DNA from: Solirubrobacterales bacterium | GTDB lineage: Bacteria > Actinomycetota > Thermoleophilia > Solirubrobacterales > Solirubrobacteraceae | Assembly (NCBI GenBank): GCA_038258425.1 | Contig: JBBSPV010000020.1 | Coordinates: 663 to 64,662, forward strand | Reading direction: 5' to 3' | Length of the DNA: 64,000 nt | Shown: piece after piece, positions 51,945 through 59,379 of the stretch | How positions within the stretch are numbered: position 1 is the stretch's first letter | Layout: each line of letters opens with the position of its first letter | Translations under genes and position numbers: made by a program | The notes under the pieces: model-generated | The model's database searches: none | Told to the model about the DNA's origin: nothing | Seen by the model: only the letters and a program-made list of their open reading frames with translations

Positions 51945-52535
51945 ATGACCTTCATCGAGACGGTGCGCCCGGAGGACGCCGCCGGGCCGCTCGCCGACCT
52001 CTACGCAGCCGACGCCGAAGCGTCGGGCCATCTCCCGAACTACACACGGGCGTTCTCCCTGCGGCCCGAGGTCTACGCCGCCTGGCGCCGGCTCAACGGG
52101 GCGATCAAGGCCGACATGGACCTGCGCCGCTACGAGCTGGCGTCGGTGGCGGCCGCGCGCCGCCTGCGGTCGAGCTACTGCGCGCTCGCCCACGGCGGCA
52201 TCCTCGCCGACCGCTACCTCGGGCCGGACACCGTGCGCGCGGTCGTGACCGACCACCGGGCGGCCGGCCTCGACGCCGTCGACGTCGCCGTGATGGACCT
52301 CGCCGAGCAGGTCGTCGACGACGCCGCGGCGGTCACGCAGGCCGACGTCGACCGGCTGCGGTCCCTCGGGCTCTCGGACGCCGAGATCCTCGAGGTCGTC
52401 CTGGCGGCCGCGGCGCGCTGCTTCTTCGCCAAGGTGCTCGACGGGATCGGAGCGCGGGCGGACCCGGCGTTCCGGGGCCTCGAGCCCGGGCTGCGCGACG
52501 CCCTGACCGTCGGCCACCCGATCGCCGCCGACTGA
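51945..52535 (+). CDS. carboxymuconolactone decarboxylase / AhpD-like peroxidase-related protein
   Basis: HLPNYTRAFSLRPEVYAAW and SSYCALAHG fit the AhpD-like family. ATG 51945 follows a GAGAGGA ribosome-binding site. Confidence 0.7.
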   Translation: MTFIETVRPEDAAGPLADLYAADAEASGHLPNYTRAFSLRPEVYAAWRRLNGAIKADMDLRRYELASVAAARRLRSSYCALAHGGILADRYLGPDTVRAVVTDHRAAGLDAVDVAVMDLAEQVVDDAAAVTQADVDRLRSLGLSDAEILEVVLAAAARCFFAKVLDGIGARADPAFRGLEPGLRDALTVGHPIAAD

Positions 52536-52568
52536 CCCGCCGTCCGTTTCACGACTTCAGGAGCCACC

Positions 52569-52964
52569 ATGAGCACCGCCACTCCCCTGATCACCGGCGT
52601 GGACTTCGTCTGCGTGCCGACGCGCGACCACGACCGTGCCGTGGCGTTCTACGGCGAGACGCTCGACCTCGAGCGCGGCAAGCGCTGGGGCGACAGGCCC
52701 GCGACGGAGTTCCAGGCCGGCAACCTCACCCTCGCGGTCATGGACCCGAGCGCCTTCGGCCAGGAGCCGGCGCGCCCCAACCCCGCGCCGATCGCCCTGC
52801 AGGTCGACGACGTCGAGGCTGCGCGCACCGCTCTCGAGGCGCGGGGCGTGGCCTTCGTCGTCGACTGGATGGACTCCGGGGTCTGCCACCAGGCCGTCTT
52901 CCTCGACCCGGACGGCAACCCGCTCATCCTCCACCACCGCTACGCCCCCGAGCCGGGGGCCTAG
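52569..52964 (+). CDS. VOC-family (glyoxalase/bleomycin-resistance) protein
   Basis: ITGVDFVCVPTRDHDRAVAFYGETLDLE and FLDPDGNPLIL. Confidence 0.8.
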   Translation: MSTATPLITGVDFVCVPTRDHDRAVAFYGETLDLERGKRWGDRPATEFQAGNLTLAVMDPSAFGQEPARPNPAPIALQVDDVEAARTALEARGVAFVVDWMDSGVCHQAVFLDPDGNPLILHHRYAPEPGA

Positions 52965-52965
52965 C

Positions 52966-53350
52966 TCACGCGACCGACGGGGCCACGGCCTCGTCGAGCG
53001 CGGAGAGCACCGCGGCGATCTCGGCCTCCAGGTCCTCGTCGCCGAGGCTGCCGTCCGGGCGGAACTGCTCGGCCGCGTCGGGCACCGGCAGCTCGCGGTC
53101 GAGCACCCGGGCGCCGATCGCCGAGAGCACCTTGCGGGTCTCGGCCTGCGCCCAGACCGCGCCGAACATCCCGGTCGCGGCGCCGATGACCGCGGCGGGC
53201 TGGTGCGCAGCGGGCTCTCGAGCAGCGGCCGCGAGAGCCAGTCGAGGGCGTTCTTGAGCTGCCCCGGGGTGGAGTGGTTGTACTCCGGCGTCGAGATCAG
53301 CACGGCGTCGGCGGCGGCCACCTCGGCACGGAGGCGCCGAACGGGCGCGG
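52966..53350 (-). pseudogene. NADPH-dependent FMN reductase remnant (N-terminus missing, internal frameshift)
   Basis: One frame reads PVRRLRAEVAAADAVLISTPEYNHSTPGQLKNALDWLSRPLLESPLR. Another reads PAAVIGAATGMFGAVWAQAETRKVLSAIGARVL...* to the stop at 52966. The switch lies near 53200-53212, and no N-terminal Rossmann segment is present. Confidence 0.65.
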
Positions 53351-53760
53351 GGTCCCTCGCCCTGGCCGTGCTCGACGCCCGCGAGCGGCAGTTGCAGGAC
53401 GCGATGATCGGCGGGCCCCCGCCACTGGGCCCGGGCGCGCCGGCGCCGGCGCGCCTCGTCGCCTTCGGCGCCGCGGCCCTGGACTTCCTGGCCGAGCAGG
53501 CCGACCTCATGCTCGAGGCCGAGCTGCACAGCGGCGGCACGTGGATGCGCTCGGGCCCCTACGCCGTGCGCCGGCTGCACGTCCGGATCCTCGTCGAGCA
53601 GGCGCGGCCCGGCTGCGACGTCGACTACGTCACCGACGTGCTGGGCGGCGCCCTCTCCGCGCAGGCCTTCGTCGACCAGCACCGCGTCCGCGGCCTGGAC
53701 CTGGACCGGCTGAAGGCCGGGTACGCCGACCTCGTCGAGCGCCTCGTGGCCGCCGGCTGA
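53350..53760 (+). pseudogene. TetR-family regulator remnant (C-terminal ligand-binding domain only, HTH missing)
   Basis: The reading begins mid-helix at SLALAVLDARERQLQDAM...RLVAFGAAALDFLAEQ...DVLGGALSAQAF...LVERLVAAG*. It abuts the 5' end of the oppositely oriented FMN reductase remnant. Confidence 0.55.
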
Positions 53761-53846
53761 GGCCAGACGGCGCCTAAGGCATCCGCGTCGCGGATCCCCA
53801 CCGAACGCCCGATGTGCGGCCCGCGCCTCAGCTGCAGACTGGACGC

Positions 53847-54179
53847 ATGACCACTCTCGGACCCACCAGGCACCTGCCGGCGCAACCGTCGCTGACCATC
53901 CGCCGGGCCACGGTCGACGACGACCACGCCCTCGAGCGTCTGGCCCAGCTCGACTCCGCCCGCGTCCCGGCCGCCCCGGTCCTCGTCGGCGAGGTCACCG
54001 GCGAGCTGTGGACCGCCGTGTCGCTGCAGGACTTCCAGACCATCAGCAACCCCTTCCGCCCCAGCGGCGAGCTCGCGTTCGTCGTGATCCAGCGGGCGCG
54101 GCAGTTGCGGCGCGCGCAGCGACGCGACCGTGGGCGCCGGCTGCGGCTGCGGCCGCGGCGCCGCGCCTCCGTCGCCTGA
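53847..54179 (+). CDS. conserved hypothetical protein
   Basis: LTIRRATVDDDHALERLAQLDSARVPAAPVLVGEVTGELWTAVSLQD...NPFRPSGELAFVV, followed by a basic tail. It resembles small actinobacterial proteins I recall but cannot name. Confidence 0.5.
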   Translation: MTTLGPTRHLPAQPSLTIRRATVDDDHALERLAQLDSARVPAAPVLVGEVTGELWTAVSLQDFQTISNPFRPSGELAFVVIQRARQLRRAQRRDRGRRLRLRPRRRASVA

Positions 54180-54249
54180 GCCCCGGCCGCCTCCGGGGCG
54201 CCCGCGGATTGGGTGACTGGCGGCGACGCGCCACGGGAAGCCTCTGGTC

Positions 54250-54573
54250 ATGAGCGAGGACGGCACGCCGCAGGAGGAGATCCGCCGGCTCTACGACGAC
54301 GCCGAGAGCCAGCTGGCGAAGGCCTTCGAGGGCGTCGTCGCGCGCGATTCGTTCGGGGTCGTGCTGGCGCGCATGACCGAGAACGTCGTCGCCCTCTCGA
54401 GGATCGGCTCGGACGTCGCCGACCTCGCCCTGCGCAACCTGCGGCTCGCGGGGCGACAGGACGTCGTGCGCCTGAGCCGCCAGCTCGGCCGCACCGAGGA
54501 CAAGCTCGAGCGCGTGCTGCAGGAAGTGGAGCGCCTGCGCGAGGAGCTGGCCGCCCAGCGGTCGCAGCCATGA
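54250..54573 (+). CDS. small PhaE-like subunit of class III PHA synthase
   Basis: 107 aa. LRLAGRQDVVRLSRQLGRTEDKLERVLQEVERL resembles the conserved C-terminal helix of PhaE. ATGA overlap with phaC. Confidence 0.55.
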   Translation: MSEDGTPQEEIRRLYDDAESQLAKAFEGVVARDSFGVVLARMTENVVALSRIGSDVADLALRNLRLAGRQDVVRLSRQLGRTEDKLERVLQEVERLREELAAQRSQP

Positions 54574-55622
54574 CCACGCTCGAGCGGGTCACGCGGCTGC
54601 CCACCGCGCTCGTCGAGGCGGCGAACGTCGTGCTCACGACGGACGACGCGGTCATCGGCGCGACGCCGCGCGACGTCGTCTGGACGCATCGCAAGACGAC
54701 GCTGTACCGCTACCGCTCGACGGAGCGCCGGCACCCGGTGCCCGTCCTGCTCGTCTTCGCCCTGATCAACCGTCCGGACGTCTTCGACCTGCGGCCCGGC
54801 CACTCGTTCGTGGAGTTCCTGCTCGACGAGGGCTTCGACGTGTTTCTCCTCGACTGGGGCGTTCCGGACGACGAGGACGCCGACACGGGGCTCGAGTACT
54901 ACGCCTGCGACGCGCTCCCGTGGGGCATGCGCGAGACGCTGCGTGCGAGCGGCGCGGACGATCTCAGCCTGCTCGGCTGGTGCATTGGCGGCACCCTGTG
55001 CACCCTGCACGCCGCCACCGTGGGCGCGGAGTCGCCGGCGCGCAACCTGATGCTGCTCACGACCCCGATCGACACGACCGATTCGCTCTACGGCAAGTGG
55101 GTCGGTCGCGACGCCTTCGACGTCGACCTCGTCGCGGACCGCTGGGACAGCGTGCCCGGCCGCGCCGTGGACTTCGCCAACAAGCTCATGAAGCCGGTGA
55201 CGAATTTCTGGTCGACCAACCGCCGGGTGCTGCTCAACGCGATCGACGGCGTCGACCAGCGCGAGAGTCACCAGGCGATGGCCAAGTGGGTCGGCGACAA
55301 CCCGCCGTTCCCCGCTCGCGCCTACCGCGAGTGGGTCACGTGGATGTACAAGGAGCACCGCCTCATCCGCGGGACGCTGCGCCTGCGCGGCCGGCGCGCC
55401 GACCTGGCGCGCATCGAGCAGAACCTGCTCGTGGTGACCGCTGCTGCCGACCACATCGCCCCCCGCTCGAACACCGTCCCGCTGCTCGACCGCGTCGGCA
55501 GTGCCGACATCACCCACCTCGACCGCCCCGGCGGTCACATCGGCCTGATGGCCGGTTCGAAGGCCAAGCGCGAGATCTGGCCGGATCTCGCCGACTGGCT
55601 CGCAGCACGCTCCGGCCGTTGA
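54570..55622 (+). CDS. phaC: class III poly(R)-hydroxyalkanoate synthase, PhaC subunit
   Basis: About 350 aa with an alpha/beta fold. Lipase-box variant LLGWCIGG (GxCxG), VLLVFALINRPDVFDL, DHIAP. Confidence 0.85.
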   Translation: MTTLERVTRLPTALVEAANVVLTTDDAVIGATPRDVVWTHRKTTLYRYRSTERRHPVPVLLVFALINRPDVFDLRPGHSFVEFLLDEGFDVFLLDWGVPDDEDADTGLEYYACDALPWGMRETLRASGADDLSLLGWCIGGTLCTLHAATVGAESPARNLMLLTTPIDTTDSLYGKWVGRDAFDVDLVADRWDSVPGRAVDFANKLMKPVTNFWSTNRRVLLNAIDGVDQRESHQAMAKWVGDNPPFPARAYREWVTWMYKEHRLIRGTLRLRGRRADLARIEQNLLVVTAAADHIAPRSNTVPLLDRVGSADITHLDRPGGHIGLMAGSKAKREIWPDLADWLAARSGR

Positions 55623-55642
55623 CCGCAAACGAGGAGAGAGCC

Positions 55643-56455
55643 GTGTCCACGCAGGAGAGCCCTTCAGCAGACCAGGTCGGCGACAAGCTCTCCGGCCGCG
55701 TCGCCTTCGTCACCGGTGGGACGCGCGGCATCGGCGCCGCCATCTGCCGCAGTCTGGCGACGCAGGGCGCGACCGTCGCCGCCGGCTACCACTCCGGTGA
55801 GGAGCAGGCCGAGGCGCTGTGCGCCGAGCTCGCCGAGGCCGGGACCGAGGCGTCGACCCACCAGGGCAACGTCGGCTCAGCCGACGACTGCCGGCGTACC
55901 GTGCAGGAGGTCATCGACCGCCACGGCCGGCTCGACATCCTCGTCAACAACGCCGGCATCACGTCGGACAAGCGGGTGCTCAAGATGTCCGACGAGGACT
56001 GGTACAAGGTCATCGCGGTCAACCTGTCGGGCGCGTTCTTCATGTCCCAGGCCGTGCTCCCGCACATGCTCGAGCGCGGGTCGGGGCGCATCGTGAACAT
56101 CTCCTCGATCATCGGCGAGATCGGCAACATCGGGCAGGTCAACTACGCGGCGTCGAAGTCCGGGCTCTTCGGGCTCACGAAGTCGCTCGCACGCGAGGCG
56201 GCATCGGCGCTCACGCGCGACGGCAAGGCAGGCGGGCTCGGGGTCACGGTGAACACCGTCACCCCGGGGTTCGTGGCCACGGACATGGTGGAGGCCATGC
56301 CGCAGAAGGCCAAGGAGGCCCTCAAGGAGCAGATCCCGCTCGGCCGGCTCGGCGAGCCCCATGAGGTGGCGCGGATCGTGCACTTCCTCGCCGCGGACGC
56401 GTCGGGCTACATCACCGGCCAGGTCTGGGGCGTCAACGGCGGCATGGACATGTAG
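55643..56455 (+). CDS. acetoacetyl-CoA reductase / 3-oxoacyl reductase (SDR, PhaB/FabG-like)
   Basis: VTGGTRGIG, NNAG, and YAASKSG (YxxxK). GTG 55643 follows a GAGGAGAGAG ribosome-binding site. It contains a ~15-aa insertion (ASALTRDGKAGGLG). Confidence 0.8.
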   Translation: MSTQESPSADQVGDKLSGRVAFVTGGTRGIGAAICRSLATQGATVAAGYHSGEEQAEALCAELAEAGTEASTHQGNVGSADDCRRTVQEVIDRHGRLDILVNNAGITSDKRVLKMSDEDWYKVIAVNLSGAFFMSQAVLPHMLERGSGRIVNISSIIGEIGNIGQVNYAASKSGLFGLTKSLAREAASALTRDGKAGGLGVTVNTVTPGFVATDMVEAMPQKAKEALKEQIPLGRLGEPHEVARIVHFLAADASGYITGQVWGVNGGMDM

Positions 56456-56830
56456 GTGGCGGACGGGCGGACACCGCTGGGCGAGTACCTGCGCCGGCAG
56501 CGTGAGCTGCAGGAGGTCTCCATGCGGCGCATGGCCGAGCTGGCGGGCATCTCGAACCCGTACCTGTCCCAGATCGAGCGCGGGCTCCGCGAGCCGTCCG
56601 AGAAGGTCCTCGACGCGCTCGCGGGAGCGCTGGAGCTCTCGGCCGAGGCCGTCTACGAGCAGACCGGCCGAGCCCGCCCGGCGGCGGAGTCCGAGCCCGG
56701 CGAGGACGGCCCGTCGGTCGCCGACGCCGTCAGGGCCGACCCGCGGCTCACGGCCCGCCAGCGCCAGGCGCTGCTGGAGGTCTACGACGCCTTCACGGGC
56801 CGCCGGGCCCGACCGCGAGGGCGGCCCTAG
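56456..56830 (+). CDS. XRE-family helix-turn-helix transcriptional regulator
   Basis: LGEYLRRQRELQEVSMRRMAELAGISNPYLSQIERGLREPS. Confidence 0.8.
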   Translation: MADGRTPLGEYLRRQRELQEVSMRRMAELAGISNPYLSQIERGLREPSEKVLDALAGALELSAEAVYEQTGRARPAAESEPGEDGPSVADAVRADPRLTARQRQALLEVYDAFTGRRARPRGRP

Positions 56831-57108
56831 CCGACGAGCTCGCGCGCCGAGGCGACGTAGGCCTTCGTGACCTCGCGCGTCAGGCCGGTCTGGGCGGCGG
56901 CGACGGTCGAGACCCAGTCGACGTTCGTGGCGGCGGCGGACCGCTCGTAGGTGTCGAGGGTCGACAGGACGACCTTCTCGTACGTGTCGAGGTAGGCGGC
57001 CCCGGCCTTCTTGCCGCTCTCGGCGGCCTGGTCGGTGAACTCGGTGATGCGCTCGGCCGCCTTGCCGAACGGCTCGTTGACACGGGTGGACTTGCTCTGC
57101 GTGGCCAT
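56827..57108 (-). CDS. small helical protein, possible phasin-like granule protein
   Basis: 93 aa and Ala/Thr/Glu-rich (AAERITEFTDQAAESGKKAGAAYLDTYEKVVLSTLDTYE). Its position in the PHA locus suggests a phasin. That call is inference only. Confidence 0.45.
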   Translation of the reverse strand: MATQSKSTRVNEPFGKAAERITEFTDQAAESGKKAGAAYLDTYEKVVLSTLDTYERSAAATNVDWVSTVAAAQTGLTREVTKAYVASARELVG

Positions 57109-57134
57109 GGGACTCCTGTGGTTGGTGGAGCTTG

Positions 57135-57172
57135 CGCTAGCTAGGTTAGCATCTAGTGGCTAAGAGCTAGCG
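57135..57172. promoter_or_regulatory. 38-bp nested imperfect palindrome in an AT-richer divergent promoter region
   Basis: CGCTAGCT-AGG-TTAGC-ATCTAGTG-GCTAA-G-AGCTAGCG. The outer 8-bp and inner 5-bp arms are exact reverse complements. It lies 27 nt upstream of the phasin-like start. Confidence 0.4.
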
Positions 57173-57253
57173 GCTGCGCCGTCCACCTGGGCGTGGTGGC
57201 CCGGCTCAGGCTCCCCGACGACGAGCGCCGACGGCTCGTAGGCTTCCCACACC

Positions 57254-57991
57254 GTGAGCGTTCCCGCCGCCCGTCCCGCGGAGCCCGTCACCGCGGTCGC
57301 CGAGCACGACGTCGTCCGGCCGGTCCTCGAGCAGGCCTGGACCCGGGTCACCTACCTGCACTGGCCGTAAGACCCGGAGGCGGTGCGGGCGCTCCTGCCC
57401 CGCGGGGTCGGGCCCGACGTCGTCGACGGCGTCACCTGGGTCGGCCTGATCGCCTTCGCGATGCGGCGGGTCGGCGTCCTCGGCCTGCCGCCCCTCCCCT
57501 ATCTGTCGGCGTTCCTCGAGACCAACGTGCGCCTCTACAGCGTCGACGCCCGCGGCCGCCGCAGCGTCGTGTTCCTGAGCCTGGACGCCGACCGCCTGCT
57601 TCCGGTGCTGGCGGCCCGGGCCGGCTACCGCCTGCCCTACGTGTGGTCCTCCATGCGCCTGCACGAGCGCGCGGACGTGCTCACCTACACCACCCGCCGC
57701 CGGGGCGGCGGTGTCCGGTCGACCCTTCGTGTGCGCCTCGGCGGCGACGTGGAAGCCGACCCGCTCGACGACTTCCTGACGGCGCGCTGGGGTCTGCACA
57801 ACCGGTGGTACGGCGCGACCGCCTACGCCCCCGTCGCCCACCAGCGGTGGCCGCTGCGCGCCGCCGAGCTGCTCGAGCTCGACGACGGGCTGGTCACGGC
57901 GACCGGCCTCCCCGCCCCCGTCGGCCCGCCGCGCGTGCTGTACTCGCCCGGCGTGGACGTCCGCATCGGCAGGCCGTCGCGACTCCGTTGA
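57254..57991 (+). pseudogene. DUF2071 (YqjF-like) protein with an in-frame TAA
   Basis: GTG 57254 reads ...VLEQAWTRVTYLHWP-TAA-DPEAVRALLPRGVGPDVVDGVTWVGLIAFAM..., in one continuous frame with track ORF 57383..57991. The family N-terminus (Q.W..L.FLHW) lies upstream of the stop at 57368-57370. Confidence 0.65.
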
Positions 57992-58067
57992 CGGGACGCG
58001 AGAACGCAGTCAAGTCCGGAGTCGTCACCCATCCCGGTCAGTGGTGGCGGCGACGTCGCGGGCCGGT

Positions 58068-58655
58068 CTACCCCGTGGCGGTGCCGTCCGGCTGATGCGC
58101 GAAGCGGGCGTGCGCGGCCCGGCTGACCGGGCATTCGCGGCTGCGAACCCCGCACACGCCGGTGTCGCAGAGCCGGCACATCCAGCGCGTCGCCCCGGGC
58201 TCGCGGATCAGCGTGACCACCATCTGGGAGATCAGGCCCTCGAAGACCGCCCGGTCCGCCGGCGACAGGACGCCGAGCGCGTCCTGGAGCACGTCGGCCC
58301 GCGCCCGGGTCGCACGCTCGGCGGCGCGGCGGCCGGCGGCCGTCAGGCGTACGGTGGTCGACCGCCCGTCCGCCCCGGCCTCCCGCTGCACGAGGCCGCT
58401 CGCCTCGAGCCGGTCGACGAGCCGGACGGCGCCCGAGGAGGTGACGCCGAGCACCTGACGCAGCCGGTCGATGGTCGGACGGTCGAGGAAGTGCTGCAGC
58501 GCCGACAGGGCGACGCCGGCCGTCTCGGAGCCCGGTCGCCCCGCCGGCCCCGCCGCCTGGCCGACGCCGTCGCGCATCCGGTCCGAGACGGCGAGGGTGA
58601 GGGCGCCAAGGACGTTGGCGGTACGGTCGAGGGCCGCCGGCTCGGGACGGCTCAT
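58068..58655 (-). CDS. MarR-family transcriptional regulator with a C-terminal Cys4 tail
   Basis: Winged HTH: IDRLRQVLGVTSSGAVRLVDRLEASGLVQRE...DGRSTTVRLT. Tail: WMCRLCDTGVCGVRSRECP. Confidence 0.8.
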   Translation of the reverse strand: MSRPEPAALDRTANVLGALTLAVSDRMRDGVGQAAGPAGRPGSETAGVALSALQHFLDRPTIDRLRQVLGVTSSGAVRLVDRLEASGLVQREAGADGRSTTVRLTAAGRRAAERATRARADVLQDALGVLSPADRAVFEGLISQMVVTLIREPGATRWMCRLCDTGVCGVRSRECPVSRAAHARFAHQPDGTATG

Positions 58656-58665
58656 GCGACCGCGC

Positions 58666-59064
58666 TCACGCGCTCCACGCGCCGGGCAGCTGCTCGACGT
58701 CGTCCGGCAGCGACTCCACCGCGGGCGCGCCGAAGGCGATGAACTCGAGCCCGTCCGGCCCGGCGGCGAAGGCCCGGCTGACCTCGGGGGCGACGCGGAT
58801 CGCGTCCAAAGCCCGCAACTCGACGATCTCGTCGTCGAGCTTGACCCGGCCGCTGCCCTCGAGCACGACGTAGAGCTCCTCCTGGACGTGATGGCGGTGG
58901 CCGAACGGGGCCGCGTAGTCCGGCGCGAGGCGCTGCAGGCTCATGCCGCTCTCCTGCAGGCCGAGGTCGCCGGACGCGAACCGGGCCTCCATGTCGGGGG
59001 CGAACCCGAACTTCACGGCGGAGTCCTCGACGTCGCGCAGGTGCTTGACGGTGAACGTGCTCAT
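58666..59064 (-). CDS. cupin-domain protein
   Basis: GHRHHVQEELYVVLEGSG...IRVAPE is a cupin motif pair. Start at ATG 59064. Confidence 0.7.
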   Translation of the reverse strand: MSTFTVKHLRDVEDSAVKFGFAPDMEARFASGDLGLQESGMSLQRLAPDYAAPFGHRHHVQEELYVVLEGSGRVKLDDEIVELRALDAIRVAPEVSRAFAAGPDGLEFIAFGAPAVESLPDDVEQLPGAWSA

Positions 59065-59166
59065 GTCGCTCCTCTCGGTGTTAGGTGCGTGACTCACGCA
59101 TTACCCACGCCCCGGCGGTTTCGAACCCGGCGGATGACCCTGCCGCTGTCGGGGAAGAAGGGGCGG

Positions 59167-59373
59167 ATGAGACTCAGCGCGCGCAACCAGCTCGAGGGCA
59201 CCGTCCAGTCCGTGACCGAGGGTGCGGCGATCGCCAACGTCGAGATCGACGTCGGCGGCCAGCGGCTCGTCGCCTCGATCACCGTCGAGGCGGCCCGCGA
59301 GCTCGGCCTCGAGGCGGGCAAGCCGGCGACGGCGATCGTCAAGGCCTCCGACGTGCTGCTCGGCGTGGACTGA
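59167..59373 (+). CDS. molybdenum-pterin-binding (Mop/TOBE) small protein
   Basis: 68 aa: MRLSARNQLEGTVQSVTEGAAIANVEIDVGGQRLVASIT...VKASDVLLGV. This is the canonical TOBE pattern. Confidence 0.8.
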   Translation: MRLSARNQLEGTVQSVTEGAAIANVEIDVGGQRLVASITVEAARELGLEAGKPATAIVKASDVLLGVD

Positions 59374-59379
59374 CCGCGC

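Noticed and set aside
53345-53400. The minus-strand reading VLQLPLAGVEHGQGEGP considered as a further N-terminal piece of the FMN reductase, which would imply two compensating frameshifts
   Set aside because: The same bases read on the + strand as LAVLDARERQLQDAM, a much better fit to TetR helix 4. I therefore treat the minus-strand reading as coincidental and place the junction at about 53345-53360.
57368-57370. The in-frame TAA in DUF2071 considered as programmed recoding, by analogy with the TGA case
   Set aside because: TAA is not a known recoding codon in bacteria with the standard code, and no downstream structure is evident. A nonsense mutation or a base error is the simpler explanation.
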